From Planctomycetes bacterium UBA1146 (GTDB lineage Bacteria; Planctomycetota; UBA8108; UBA1146), in contig CAWLAN010000001.1 of the NCBI GenBank assembly GCA_963854815.1, positions 1 to 47,734 of the forward strand: a DNA stretch of 47,734 nt. The letters run 5' to 3'. The position numbers and the translations under genes are program-made. Within the stretch, counting starts at the first letter, position 1. The number at the start of each line of letters is the position of its first letter. The notes beneath the pieces were generated by a model that worked only from the letters and a program-made list of their open reading frames with translations, searched no databases and was not told the origin of the DNA. This document shows positions 26,559 through 35,590 of this stretch, piece by piece.

Positions 26559-27698
26559 TTGAGTCCCGAGCCGGATCAGGGTTCGACGGCAGGTCCGTCG
26601 GCACAGAACCGCTGGAGCGTCGTGATCGAGGTCGAAGCAGGAATTTTGCGCCTTCCGGTGACCCGCATCGATGAGAGGGAAGTTCTCCTCGACACCCCGG
26701 TGCGATTGAAGATCGGCGACCGATATGAACTGATCGTCGAACGACCTGACGGCGCTGCAGACCTGATTCACGCCGAGGTTACCAACAGAAGTCCAGCTGG
26801 ATTGTTGATGCGATGGAAACCATCGCACCCCCGGGAACTGGAAGCACTCGAACGGCTCTTCTCGGATAGCGCCTCCCTTCAGAACCACCCAGACATCGAA
26901 TCAGCACTACGATCCAGATCTCGATTGGTGAGTACCTCCACCATCGCTGCCCAACGCGACAGCGTTCGTGTCCTGAATCTATCGGCGGTCACGGAATTGA
27001 TCCAGGATGCGGTAGAGGACGCGCTCCGCGAGAGTGGCCGATTGCTCGATGATTCGGAGTTGAAAGAACTGATCGAGGAATCCGAGATAAGATTCCAGCA
27101 ACGCCTCGTCCAGTTCGAGAATGAAAAAGCTGACCTTCAATCGAGAATTCAGGGGCTTTCGACTCGATTGGACCGAGCTCAGGATTTGCTGAACCAGGAA
27201 CGGAACAGGCAGGTGGATCGAGATCGATTCACGCTCTCAGAAGATGCCCTTGGCGAACTCGAAGGAACCTTCCAGAAGATCATCGACGATGCTGTCGCAT
27301 CCAGCGAAGTCGGTCCCTCCCTGGAACTCGAACTCAGGGTGGTGATGGAACGTTGCCTCGATTCTGAGCGGGAACGAGTTCGAGCCCTGGAGGAAAAAGC
27401 TCGTAGCGAAAACATCGATCTGCTGGAGCGAAAGATCCAGCGCCTCGCCAGCAGCCTCGATGACGCCCGCAGTGCTCGCGACCAGGCGCTGGAAATCGTT
27501 CGCAGGGCCGAATCAAGGCGATCTCAGTCGCCCTTCATCGGCGCGGCCGACGCGATCCAGCCCTCCGGCTCCGATGACCCGCACGCCTCGAGACGACGCA
27601 CACTGCTGCTCGATCTGATGCAGGAGAATCGCGAACTTCGACAACACATCAGCTCGGAAAACAAAAAACTCAGAGTCACCGAGAAGGGTCCTGCCTGA
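26559..27698 (+). CDS. coiled-coil protein with an N-terminal PilZ-like beta-barrel
   Basis: TTG start. The N-terminus WSVVIEVEAGILRLPVTRIDEREVLLDTPVRLKIGDRYELIVERPDGAADLIHAEVTNRSPAGLLMRW contains an N.S..G match to the PilZ (D/N)xSxxG motif, but no RxxxR motif lies inside the ORF. The remaining roughly 260 aa are heptad-rich and charged (coiled coil). Confidence 0.65.
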   Translation: MSPEPDQGSTAGPSAQNRWSVVIEVEAGILRLPVTRIDEREVLLDTPVRLKIGDRYELIVERPDGAADLIHAEVTNRSPAGLLMRWKPSHPRELEALERLFSDSASLQNHPDIESALRSRSRLVSTSTIAAQRDSVRVLNLSAVTELIQDAVEDALRESGRLLDDSELKELIEESEIRFQQRLVQFENEKADLQSRIQGLSTRLDRAQDLLNQERNRQVDRDRFTLSEDALGELEGTFQKIIDDAVASSEVGPSLELELRVVMERCLDSERERVRALEEKARSENIDLLERKIQRLASSLDDARSARDQALEIVRRAESRRSQSPFIGAADAIQPSGSDDPHASRRRTLLLDLMQENRELRQHISSENKKLRVTEKGPA

Positions 27699-27733
27699 TA
27701 TGGTAATGACAACTTCTTGGGGGAGGGGAAATC

Positions 27734-28762
27734 ATGAGTGACACCGTTTTCATCGGAATGGATCTCGGTACCAGCCGAACTTCCATAACAACATCTACCG
27801 GAGTGAGGACCACGGTCTGGTCCTATGTGGGATACGCGCAGGATCACGTCAGCAGGAAGCATCTTGGTGGACGCGACAAGGTGTTCGGGGCGGAAGCAGT
27901 GGAGAACCGCCTGGCGGTGAACCTGGTCAGACCTCTAGACAAAGGACTGATCCTCGACGACGAGGAGTCCCGGCAAGCGGTCAGGGATCTACTCGAGCAC
28001 ATTTTCGACGAGGCGAGCATTCCCAGTGGAAGCACCATCTATGGTGTAATCGGTGCGCCCGCTGAAGCGAGCGTCGACTCGAAGGCACTCATCTTATCTT
28101 CCGCCTCGGAATTCATGGATAGCATCATCGTTTGCTCAGAGCCTTTCGCCGTCGCCTACGGACTCGACTTCCTTTCAGACACCCTGGTCGTCGACATCGG
28201 TGCCGGTACCGTCGACCTGTGCAGAGTTCACGGAACGATGCCAAAACCGGAAGACCAACGGACCCATCATTATGCAGGCGATGCCATCGACGCCCGACTC
28301 GCCGAGCTCCTGACTGAAAATCATCCGGAGGCACAGTTCTCCAACAACATGGTCCGGGAAATCAAAGAGCAATACTCGTGTGTCGGAACTCATATGGATC
28401 CGGTCAAGGTCACTTTTCCTGTAAAGGGGAAGCCGACCGAGTTCGATATCACAGCTGAGTTGAGCGAAGCCTGCTTCGCAATGGTCCCTCCGACCGTCGA
28501 AGCGCTGCAGGACCTGATCGCCACCTTCGATCCAGAGTTCCAGCAAAAGATGCGCAATCATGTGCTACTCGGTGGAGGTGGAAGCCAGATCACCGGTCTC
28601 TCACGTGCCATCGAGGACGCACTCGCGGAATACGGTGGAGGTAAGGTGCAACAGGTCGAGGAGCCACAATACGCCGGCTCGAACGGGGCTCTCAAGATCG
28701 CGCTCGATATGCCCGAGGACTTCTGGCAGGAGTTCATCGAGCAACAGAGCGAGAAGGCCTGA
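27734..28762 (+). CDS. MamK-family actin-like protein
   Basis: ATG lies after GGGGGAGGGG. The protein is collinear over its full length with MamK as I recall it: IGMDLGTSRTS, VIGAPAEASVDSKALI, VCSEPFAVAYGLDFLSDTLVVDIGAGTVDLCRVHGTMPKPEDQ, IKEQYSCVG, LLGGGGSQITGL and GSNGALKIALDMPEDFWQEF. Confidence 0.85.
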   Translation: MSDTVFIGMDLGTSRTSITTSTGVRTTVWSYVGYAQDHVSRKHLGGRDKVFGAEAVENRLAVNLVRPLDKGLILDDEESRQAVRDLLEHIFDEASIPSGSTIYGVIGAPAEASVDSKALILSSASEFMDSIIVCSEPFAVAYGLDFLSDTLVVDIGAGTVDLCRVHGTMPKPEDQRTHHYAGDAIDARLAELLTENHPEAQFSNNMVREIKEQYSCVGTHMDPVKVTFPVKGKPTEFDITAELSEACFAMVPPTVEALQDLIATFDPEFQQKMRNHVLLGGGGSQITGLSRAIEDALAEYGGGKVQQVEEPQYAGSNGALKIALDMPEDFWQEFIEQQSEKA

Positions 28763-28795
28763 CCTCGCCGCCACAGGTGAGGGAATCACGACACA

Positions 28796-28831
28796 AGAGG
28801 GCCAGCAGGGGATACCCCCTGCTGGCCCTCT
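28796..28831. terminator. GC-rich hairpin between convergent genes (possible bidirectional terminator)
   Basis: A 16-bp perfect stem AGAGGGCCAGCAGGGG-ATAC-CCCCTGCTGGCCCTCT. The U tracts are weak in both directions (TTGATG on plus, TGTGTCG on minus). Confidence 0.5.
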
Positions 28832-28852
28832 TTGATGCCAGTACACAATAAC

Positions 28853-29659
28853 CTAGAGGGCGTACCCTGCAGATCTTGTCTCGTCCAACCAGTCGCGAAT
28901 CTGACCCGCCTGGATCGACCGGATCGCCGGTTTTGCCCCGGGATCGTAGTAGATCGATGGCGGTGGGCGAAGTTTGCGCGCCAGACCACCCCATGCAGTT
29001 CTTCTGACCTCGAGGTCAATATCCTCGAGTGCTTGGATCAAGATCGAGAGCGATTCGCTGCGAGCATCCTGGACCAGACCACAAACGCAGAGGAATCGTA
29101 CTTCTGCGTCCTTTTCGATCTGGTAGCGATCCTGCAACGAATCCAGCGCATAGGGAACTTCGAGAGAAAGCAGAATGCTGGCAGCATTTCGTCGCGCGGT
29201 GACGTTGCCCTCGCTCAGAACCCGTGCCACCGACTGCACTGATCTTTCACCGAGTTGAACGAGTGCAGATTCGAGCAGATCATCCTCTGCTACCGAGCCC
29301 TCCGCCAACATTCTCGACAGCGGCGCCAGCACTCGAAGATCACCCTCCTGTGCCAGGATGGTACAGATGACCCGCTTGGTCCTCGCATCGATCATCGAGT
29401 CCTCGAGAGTAGCAACCAGCAAGTTCTTCGTGATGGCAGGAGCCTTCTCGATACTCAACAGAATTCGATCCAACGACTTCCTCTGGAGCTTCGGGTCATA
29501 GGAACCCAGATCTGGAATCACCGTCGTGGTACGGATGTCCTGGAGTACATCATCGGCTTCGGTGCGCTTTTCTCCCGGCTGACATCCTGTCACCAGCAAA
29601 CTCGAGATCATCAACAAGGTAGCGATGGTGCGACAATGCGCACTGTGCAGATAATCCAT
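28853..29659 (-). CDS. HEAT-repeat lipoprotein
   Basis: Lipobox LLVTGC (MDYLHSAHCRTIATLLMISSLLVTGCQ), followed by HEAT/armadillo-like helical repeats. Its ATG shares one base with the TAA of the upstream secretin gene (TAATG). Confidence 0.75.
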   Translation of the reverse strand: MDYLHSAHCRTIATLLMISSLLVTGCQPGEKRTEADDVLQDIRTTTVIPDLGSYDPKLQRKSLDRILLSIEKAPAITKNLLVATLEDSMIDARTKRVICTILAQEGDLRVLAPLSRMLAEGSVAEDDLLESALVQLGERSVQSVARVLSEGNVTARRNAASILLSLEVPYALDSLQDRYQIEKDAEVRFLCVCGLVQDARSESLSILIQALEDIDLEVRRTAWGGLARKLRPPPSIYYDPGAKPAIRSIQAGQIRDWLDETRSAGYAL

Positions 29660-32364
29660 TACAGTCCTCTCACCGGCCGTAGCGGAGAACTGTTGAGGTA
29701 CTCCCAGCGTTCATCAAGATCCTGCAAGTGATCCCCCAGTTCATCGAGGGTGATGGTGCGTAATTCAAAAGCGGCGAGGTCGTCTTCGAGGGTTCCCAGA
29801 GGAATCTCGCCTTCGGAGACCGCATCCTTCAGACGCACCGTGAGGTGAGTGGTTATGGCAAGGAAATCGAGCCCCCTGGTACCGAGGTCCGCGAGCAGTT
29901 CCGTGTAGGTGAGATTCTCCGGTGATGTTGCTTTCGGGAACAGATTTGCTCTTTGCTCCTCGAGTAACTTCCTGAAGTGGCCATGTTGTTCCTGAGTACG
30001 GGCTTGCAACTCGACGAACTTTGCAAACTCATCGAGGCTTCGGTCTCCGAGTATGCGGAGTCTCTCGAGAGTCTTCTCGGAAAGATCCGTTTCACCACGC
30101 AAGACGACGATATCGCCCTTCTCATAGAAGGTGCGCAACTTGTCGTAGGAGAGACTGACATGGTACGGGCTGGTCGGAACCACGATCTCTCGCCTGGGAG
30201 AGACCACATCATCGTAATCGAGATCAGGATTCAGACTCTTGATGTTCTCGACCAGAATCGCCGCAGCCTGGAAGAAAATCTGCCGCTCTTTCTTGGTCCA
30301 GGTCCTGATCGATTTCTCGGGGTGTCTCCTCTTGAACACGCTCAGCGAGTCTGCCGCGTCCGGAAGATAGTCCTCGAAGATCTTGAGACGGCTGACCAGT
30401 TCACGCTTCTTGACGATGCTCAGCAGGGTCAGGTCCACGACATCCTGGCGAGTGAATCCCTCGACAGGTGTGCGCCCGATCGGATCGAGTCCGACCAGGT
30501 CCCTCCCCTTCAGGATGTAGCGGTCATTGAAGAGCACGCTGTTGTAGGTGTCGAAATGTCGGCTCTCCTTCGGCGTCGAGATGGGATCGACTCCATCTTC
30601 GCTGAGGATGTGCGGTGTGAGCACGATGATGATTTCACTGCGCTGCTGCTGTGAACTCTTACGACCGAAAAAGTCACCCAGGAACGGAATCTGTCCCAGC
30701 AGCGGGATCTTGTTGCTGGACTCGAATTCGCTCTCCTTGATCAGTCCGCCGAGGATGAGGGGCCGGTGATTTTTTACGCGGGCCTGGCCACGGAAGTTAC
30801 GAGTGGCCACTTCCGGGATGCCCAGTAGATCCTCAGCGAAGACTCGTTGTCGTCCCTGAAGATTGTTGACGGTGATGTCGATGAGCATCGAGATTTCGTT
30901 CTCATCGGGACCGCTGATCCGCGGCTTGACGACGAGAGTCGTACCGATATGCACGGTTCCAACCTTGTTGATGTTTGCAATAACATTGTTGCCAAAATTT
31001 GATACTCCCACCTCGGTCGAGATGAAGGTAGGAATCTTCTCGCCGAGGTGCAACTGGCTCTGACGGTCATCGAGGGCATAGAGTTTCGGGCGCGCCTTGA
31101 TGATCGCATCGCCTTTACGAACCAGGGCATGGACTCCAGCCAGGAACTGTCCTGACAACCGTTCGGTGGTGTCATCGAAGAGGAAGGACAGCCCTGCCTG
31201 CTCGATCGGATTGAAGTTCCCGCTCGGTTGAGGAATATCCTCCCCGGGCAACGGGGAGGCGAAATTGATCACCGAGCGGCGCTTCTCGATCGCAAGCATG
31301 TCGATCCCGAGATCGGACAGAGCATCGGCTTCCAGTTCGATGATCTGGACCTCGATCATGATCTGTTTCGCCGGCACGTCGATCTTGTCGATGAACGCCT
31401 GGATCCGTTCGAGATCTTCCTCTGTACCGACCGCCATCAATCGATTTCGGGCCTCGGTCGACGGGGATTCGAGAAAAGTGAGCGACATTGCGGAATCCTC
31501 GATACCACTTCCCAGATTCACCGGCGGCAGTTCGACCGGATCGATATGGGGAATCTCGAGGATGTAGGGGTACTCCGGCAGATTCCATGAAGGCAACACC
31601 GTATCGGTGGCGGCGGTATAGCGTGAATAAACCGCCCTCGTGTAGGTGTGGGTGATGGTGCGATTGCCCTGCTTGACGGAATCGTTCTTCACCTCTTGGG
31701 TCCGATGGTAAACCTGGCACACCTTGCTCGCTGCCAACGCCTCGAGAACCAGTTGAATGCCAGCGTAACGGATGGTGATCGCTTTCTGGATCAGGCGATC
31801 ACGCACCTCTAGACTCTCGAAGTCCCGGATGGTCCGGATCAAGGCTTCCGTCGTCGGTGGATCCGCGGTCACCAGTAATGAGTGCTCTCGATTGGAGATC
31901 ATCGTGACGGTGCCGTTCTCGACGAAAATAGCGAGAGTCGGGGTCTCGCGCAGGAACTGGATCACTTCCTCGGCTTCGATGTGAAACAATTCCACGAAGG
32001 TCAAATTGGGAACCTGGGCCAGAACCGGAGTGGACCCGGCCAACGGGAGCAACACCGAGGCGATGCAGATGATCGACAACAGAAGTGTGCAGGGAATCAC
32101 TTCCCTCAATCGATTCAGGATTCCCGCTCCTCTCCGCTTTCCTCGACCCGGTTGCGACGACTCACCCCGGGGTACACGACCAGTTCGTGGACCGGGTTCC
32201 CGGCATCCGGGATCCTGGCCACTTTTCCCCCGTCGACCCTGACCGGATAACCGGTCGAGGTTTCCGCCGTGCTGGATCCAGGAGAGCGCCCCATGCGGAC
32301 CCCCGATCGGTACACTGCAGATTATCGACACGTTACCAGCCATTCTCAACCACAACCCAGCCAC
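29659..32364 (-). CDS. secretin (GspD/PilQ family) with a C-terminal extension of about 314 aa
   Basis: Secretin core: AKQIMIEVQIIELEADALSDLGID...ARPKLYALDDRQSQLHLGEKIP...GGLIKESEFESSNKIPLLGQIPFLGDFFGRKSSQQQRSEIIIVLTPHIL. The signal peptide (LLLSIICIASVLLPLAGSTPVLAQ) only appears about 90 codons into the ORF. The true start is therefore probably TTG 32109 or GTG 32100 rather than ATG 32364 or 32343. Confidence 0.8.
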   Translation of the reverse strand: MAGLWLRMAGNVSIICSVPIGGPHGALSWIQHGGNLDRLSGQGRRGKSGQDPGCREPGPRTGRVPRGESSQPGRGKRRGAGILNRLREVIPCTLLLSIICIASVLLPLAGSTPVLAQVPNLTFVELFHIEAEEVIQFLRETPTLAIFVENGTVTMISNREHSLLVTADPPTTEALIRTIRDFESLEVRDRLIQKAITIRYAGIQLVLEALAASKVCQVYHRTQEVKNDSVKQGNRTITHTYTRAVYSRYTAATDTVLPSWNLPEYPYILEIPHIDPVELPPVNLGSGIEDSAMSLTFLESPSTEARNRLMAVGTEEDLERIQAFIDKIDVPAKQIMIEVQIIELEADALSDLGIDMLAIEKRRSVINFASPLPGEDIPQPSGNFNPIEQAGLSFLFDDTTERLSGQFLAGVHALVRKGDAIIKARPKLYALDDRQSQLHLGEKIPTFISTEVGVSNFGNNVIANINKVGTVHIGTTLVVKPRISGPDENEISMLIDITVNNLQGRQRVFAEDLLGIPEVATRNFRGQARVKNHRPLILGGLIKESEFESSNKIPLLGQIPFLGDFFGRKSSQQQRSEIIIVLTPHILSEDGVDPISTPKESRHFDTYNSVLFNDRYILKGRDLVGLDPIGRTPVEGFTRQDVVDLTLLSIVKKRELVSRLKIFEDYLPDAADSLSVFKRRHPEKSIRTWTKKERQIFFQAAAILVENIKSLNPDLDYDDVVSPRREIVVPTSPYHVSLSYDKLRTFYEKGDIVVLRGETDLSEKTLERLRILGDRSLDEFAKFVELQARTQEQHGHFRKLLEEQRANLFPKATSPENLTYTELLADLGTRGLDFLAITTHLTVRLKDAVSEGEIPLGTLEDDLAAFELRTITLDELGDHLQDLDERWEYLNSSPLRPVRGL

Positions 32365-34594
32365 TCCAGACAGATGGGTGACGATCCAACCTATTTCGCT
32401 TCAATTGCCTACAAGCATATCTCAGGACCTCAGCAGGCCCCTTTTGGCCATCTGTAGCCCGCACCAGTGATCCGACCAGACGACCGGCCGCCGCATCCTC
32501 GACTGGCCACAGGGTGCCCAGGATCGCCTGGCAGCCTGCATCCAGGGCAGCACGCGTGAAACCGGCCAGATCGTCCGCCCCGGATGCGCCTCCGATGGCA
32601 GTTTCACAACCGGTCAGCGCAAGCAGACGGCACCCAGTCAGGCGATAACCCGACATCTCATCAGCTGTCAGTTCTCCGTCGCAGCGCTCATCGGGTGCCA
32701 GCGCCAACAAGGAGCTACCCGGGTCATGCGGATGGAAGTCCCCGTGACAGGCGATATGAAGAACCCGCGCTTGTTCGGCTCCTTCGCGCACCGCCGATTC
32801 GGTCGCATCGGTTCCCGCAAGGAATACGGATCCGGGGAAACTCTCCAGTACTTGCTTGCCCTCCTTGCGTGTTCCTGGAAGTGGAGGACGACCCTCGACA
32901 ACGGGGTCGACCACAGTCAACCAACCTTCCCGTGGCAATGGATCGAGAGCACGGCAGGCAGAAACCACTGCGGGGAGCAAACTCCAGGTACAGCGATCCA
33001 CCAGCGTTGTTCCGTCGACGGGAAGAACTCCCCACGGGATCCTTCTCATGCCACCGACCGGCGCCAACAACACACGATCGTTGGCGCCAACTCCTGAAGG
33101 AAAGATTCTCGAAGCGAGCCAGCGAGCGGAGTCTGAATCGGTTCCCCGCGAATCATGGAGACTCAACGCCTTGACGATGGCTTCTCCGGGATCTTGATCG
33201 ATACGGCGCACATTCCAGCTTCCATCATCCGTGGTCCACACCAGCAATTCCGGACCCGTATCGAGGACCACGACCACGGTAGCCTTGTCTTTGGCTCGAG
33301 TTGCAACCTCACTCAGTTGCGTGAACTTCGGAGGCTCGACACCCTGTCCCCGCACCCGCAAGTGTTCGGCTGCCAACAATGCAGCCATGGGATTCCCGAG
33401 CCGCGCCTCGATACGCGCCAGTAGCACGGCGGGTTCTCGCCGGGGTGAAAGTGCAGCCGCATCGTCTTGCCGCGAGCCGCGGATCTGCTCGACGGTGGCC
33501 AGCGCCAGGCGAGCCTCCCGTCTTGCTTGCTGAAGACGGCTTGCCTTCAGAAACGCCCGTGCACGCGCCAGAGCGCACTTCCACAGCGTTTCCTGGTCGC
33601 CCGAGAGATCGACAGCCTTCCGCGTCACCTCGATCGTTTCCTCGACCCAACCGCGTCGAGACGCTGCAGAAGCAACCGTCACGAGGGCCAGCGTTGCAGT
33701 GGCGCGATCGCCGCGAAGTGTCGCCGATGAAAATGCGGATCGAGAATCTGCAAGTGCAGAGTTCAATTCATCTCGCCAGAGTTGAGCACTATTTGTGAAG
33801 GCCGCGGTTTGTATCCTGCGAGTCGCCCGTTCGATAAGAAATCGATCTCTTGCGCGCGTACCTATCGGAGCACGATCTCCCGCCCGATCGAGCAGTTGCT
33901 TGGCACTACGTTGGTGCACACGATCTACCTCTGCAAACTTATTTTGAACCGACGAGGAGAGACGCATCCACTTCGATGCCAGGGTTGCTTCCAACGAGAC
34001 ACCCTGCAAACTGTCGAGTTCCTCTGCCGCTCGCGCAGGCATTCCCTCCCGCAAATTTCGTGCGGCACGTTCGAGAACATCCACGGGCGTTCCACCTACG
34101 GGATACCACGGACTGGAATCAACTGCCGAAGAGATTCGATGAAGTGTCGGCTCTTCATCCTCCATAGTGACCCGAACCAGGATTTCTCCGGACGGAACCC
34201 TTCCAGGGTCAGGACCGAGAAGTTCAGCGTCGGAGAAGAAAAGGCGCGCCGCAGTGCCATCGACATCTATAGAGGCGAGCACTACTTCGCAGCCGGCATG
34301 AACCAGGCAAACGTCTACCCTTCTCCATCCTTGCGCCTCGGGCAAGGTGACCGAGATGACATCTGTATCCACCAGCGGTCGATCAGTCCGTAGTTTTCCC
34401 TGGAGAAGGGAGATATCCAGGGTCGATGCATGAGATACCGATGCGGTCGAAAAACCCAACAGAAGTACAGAGAGCGCCAAAAATAGACATCGAACTCGCC
34501 ACAAGGTGATGGGCCGCGTGTAGGTTGCCGATGGCGGTCGGCAAGAGGCAAATCTCATCGAACGGAACTCCGGACCCTGGTCCCGGAGCGGCAT
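32333..34594 (-). CDS. signal-peptide-bearing CHAT-domain (caspase-like) protease with a helical-repeat N-terminal region
   Basis: C-terminal CHAT hallmarks: VLHIACHGDF (His) and LLALTGCETA (Cys). The N-terminus LWRVRCLFLALSVLLLGFSTASVSHAS is a signal peptide. An alternative start is ATG 34558. Confidence 0.8.
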   Translation of the reverse strand: MPLRDQGPEFRSMRFASCRPPSATYTRPITLWRVRCLFLALSVLLLGFSTASVSHASTLDISLLQGKLRTDRPLVDTDVISVTLPEAQGWRRVDVCLVHAGCEVVLASIDVDGTAARLFFSDAELLGPDPGRVPSGEILVRVTMEDEEPTLHRISSAVDSSPWYPVGGTPVDVLERAARNLREGMPARAAEELDSLQGVSLEATLASKWMRLSSSVQNKFAEVDRVHQRSAKQLLDRAGDRAPIGTRARDRFLIERATRRIQTAAFTNSAQLWRDELNSALADSRSAFSSATLRGDRATATLALVTVASAASRRGWVEETIEVTRKAVDLSGDQETLWKCALARARAFLKASRLQQARREARLALATVEQIRGSRQDDAAALSPRREPAVLLARIEARLGNPMAALLAAEHLRVRGQGVEPPKFTQLSEVATRAKDKATVVVVLDTGPELLVWTTDDGSWNVRRIDQDPGEAIVKALSLHDSRGTDSDSARWLASRIFPSGVGANDRVLLAPVGGMRRIPWGVLPVDGTTLVDRCTWSLLPAVVSACRALDPLPREGWLTVVDPVVEGRPPLPGTRKEGKQVLESFPGSVFLAGTDATESAVREGAEQARVLHIACHGDFHPHDPGSSLLALAPDERCDGELTADEMSGYRLTGCRLLALTGCETAIGGASGADDLAGFTRAALDAGCQAILGTLWPVEDAAAGRLVGSLVRATDGQKGPAEVLRYACRQLKRNRLDRHPSVWSGWVVVENGW

Positions 34595-34633
34595 TCCAGG
34601 ACTCCCAGACTATGCCGGATCTGCCCTGAAAGT

Positions 34634-35590
34634 TCAATCATCTGCTCCCAGTTGGCGGCCACCATCCCAGACGGAAGGCTCCCTGCGGATCCGGTCGAGT
34701 TGAAAACCACCGAGCAGGTCTTCGGGTCGGCAGCAGGTTCCCTCGGCAGCCAGACCACTGAGAAATCCGAGAGTCCCGACCAGCGACTGGGCCGAAACGC
34801 CTGCTCGTCGATAACGAGCCAAACTCGTATCCCCGTGCCGTTTCGCGAGCCTACGGCCGTCAGGTCCCACGATGAGAGGAACGTGGATGAATTGCGGAGC
34901 TGCAGCACCCAGATGACGATAGAGCAACAACTGTCGCGGTGTCGATGAGAGCAGGTCATCGGCCCTCAATACCTCCGTCACCCCCGCGGCTGCATCGTCG
35001 ACCACGACTGCCAACTGATAGGACGGGGTTCCATCTCGCTTGCGTACCACGAAGTCACCCGACAACTCTCCAACCTGGGGACCGGTAAACTGGTCCACGA
35101 AGGCAAAGGAAGGTTCCATCACCCGCAATCGAAGCGCCGGATCCCGACCAGTCTCTGAGCGTGCATGCTTCTCATCTTGCCAGCGGTCGCGGCAAGTCCC
35201 CGGGTAAATCGTCTCGGCCGCGATGCCGCTGGATTCGTGCGGGGCACTGGCTGCCTGCTCCACTTCGCGCCGAGAACAGGTACACGGATAGACGAGTCGC
35301 TGCTGCTGAAGGACCCCGAGAGCCTGTTCGTGGCGAGAGAGATGCTCGGTCTGGATCTCGGGCTCTCCGTCCCAGTCGAGTCCCAGCCACTGCAGATCCT
35401 CGATGGTTTGCTCGATCGCCCCGGACCGAACCCGCGGCCCATCGATGTCCTCGATCCGGAGGCGCAGAATTCCTCCTCGACTGCGAATCGATAACCACGC
35501 CAACAGGAACGACCTGGCGTTGCCCAGGTGCAGGACACCGGTCGGACTGGGAGCCAATCTACCCACCGGTGAGATCTTGCGATGCTCCAT
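34634..35590 (-). CDS. gluQ: tRNA glutamyl-Q(34) synthetase (truncated GluRS paralogue)
   Basis: GRLAPSPTGVLHLGNARSFLLAWL...LRIEDIDGPR...YPCTCSR...YPGTCRD. It is 318 aa and has no anticodon-binding domain. Confidence 0.85.
   Translation of the reverse strand: MEHRKISPVGRLAPSPTGVLHLGNARSFLLAWLSIRSRGGILRLRIEDIDGPRVRSGAIEQTIEDLQWLGLDWDGEPEIQTEHLSRHEQALGVLQQQRLVYPCTCSRREVEQAASAPHESSGIAAETIYPGTCRDRWQDEKHARSETGRDPALRLRVMEPSFAFVDQFTGPQVGELSGDFVVRKRDGTPSYQLAVVVDDAAAGVTEVLRADDLLSSTPRQLLLYRHLGAAAPQFIHVPLIVGPDGRRLAKRHGDTSLARYRRAGVSAQSLVGTLGFLSGLAAEGTCCRPEDLLGGFQLDRIRREPSVWDGGRQLGADD

Noticed and set aside
27734-28762. The possibility that the MamK-like gene marks a magnetosome gene island
   Set aside because: No mamA/B/E/I/L/M/O/P/Q-like genes are recognisable anywhere in the 47.7 kb window (no cation diffusion facilitators, HtrA/PDZ proteases or magnetochrome CXXCH proteins). 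The flanking genes are unrelated.
32110-32364. The N-terminal 85 residues of the secretin ORF (GQGRRGKSGQDPGCREPGPRTGRVPRGESSQPGRGKRRG)
   Set aside because: This low-complexity, GC-driven sequence precedes an otherwise canonical signal peptide and overlaps the end of the CHAT gene. It is probably untranslated. I kept the long coordinates in the feature table only because I cannot choose between TTG 32109 and GTG 32100.
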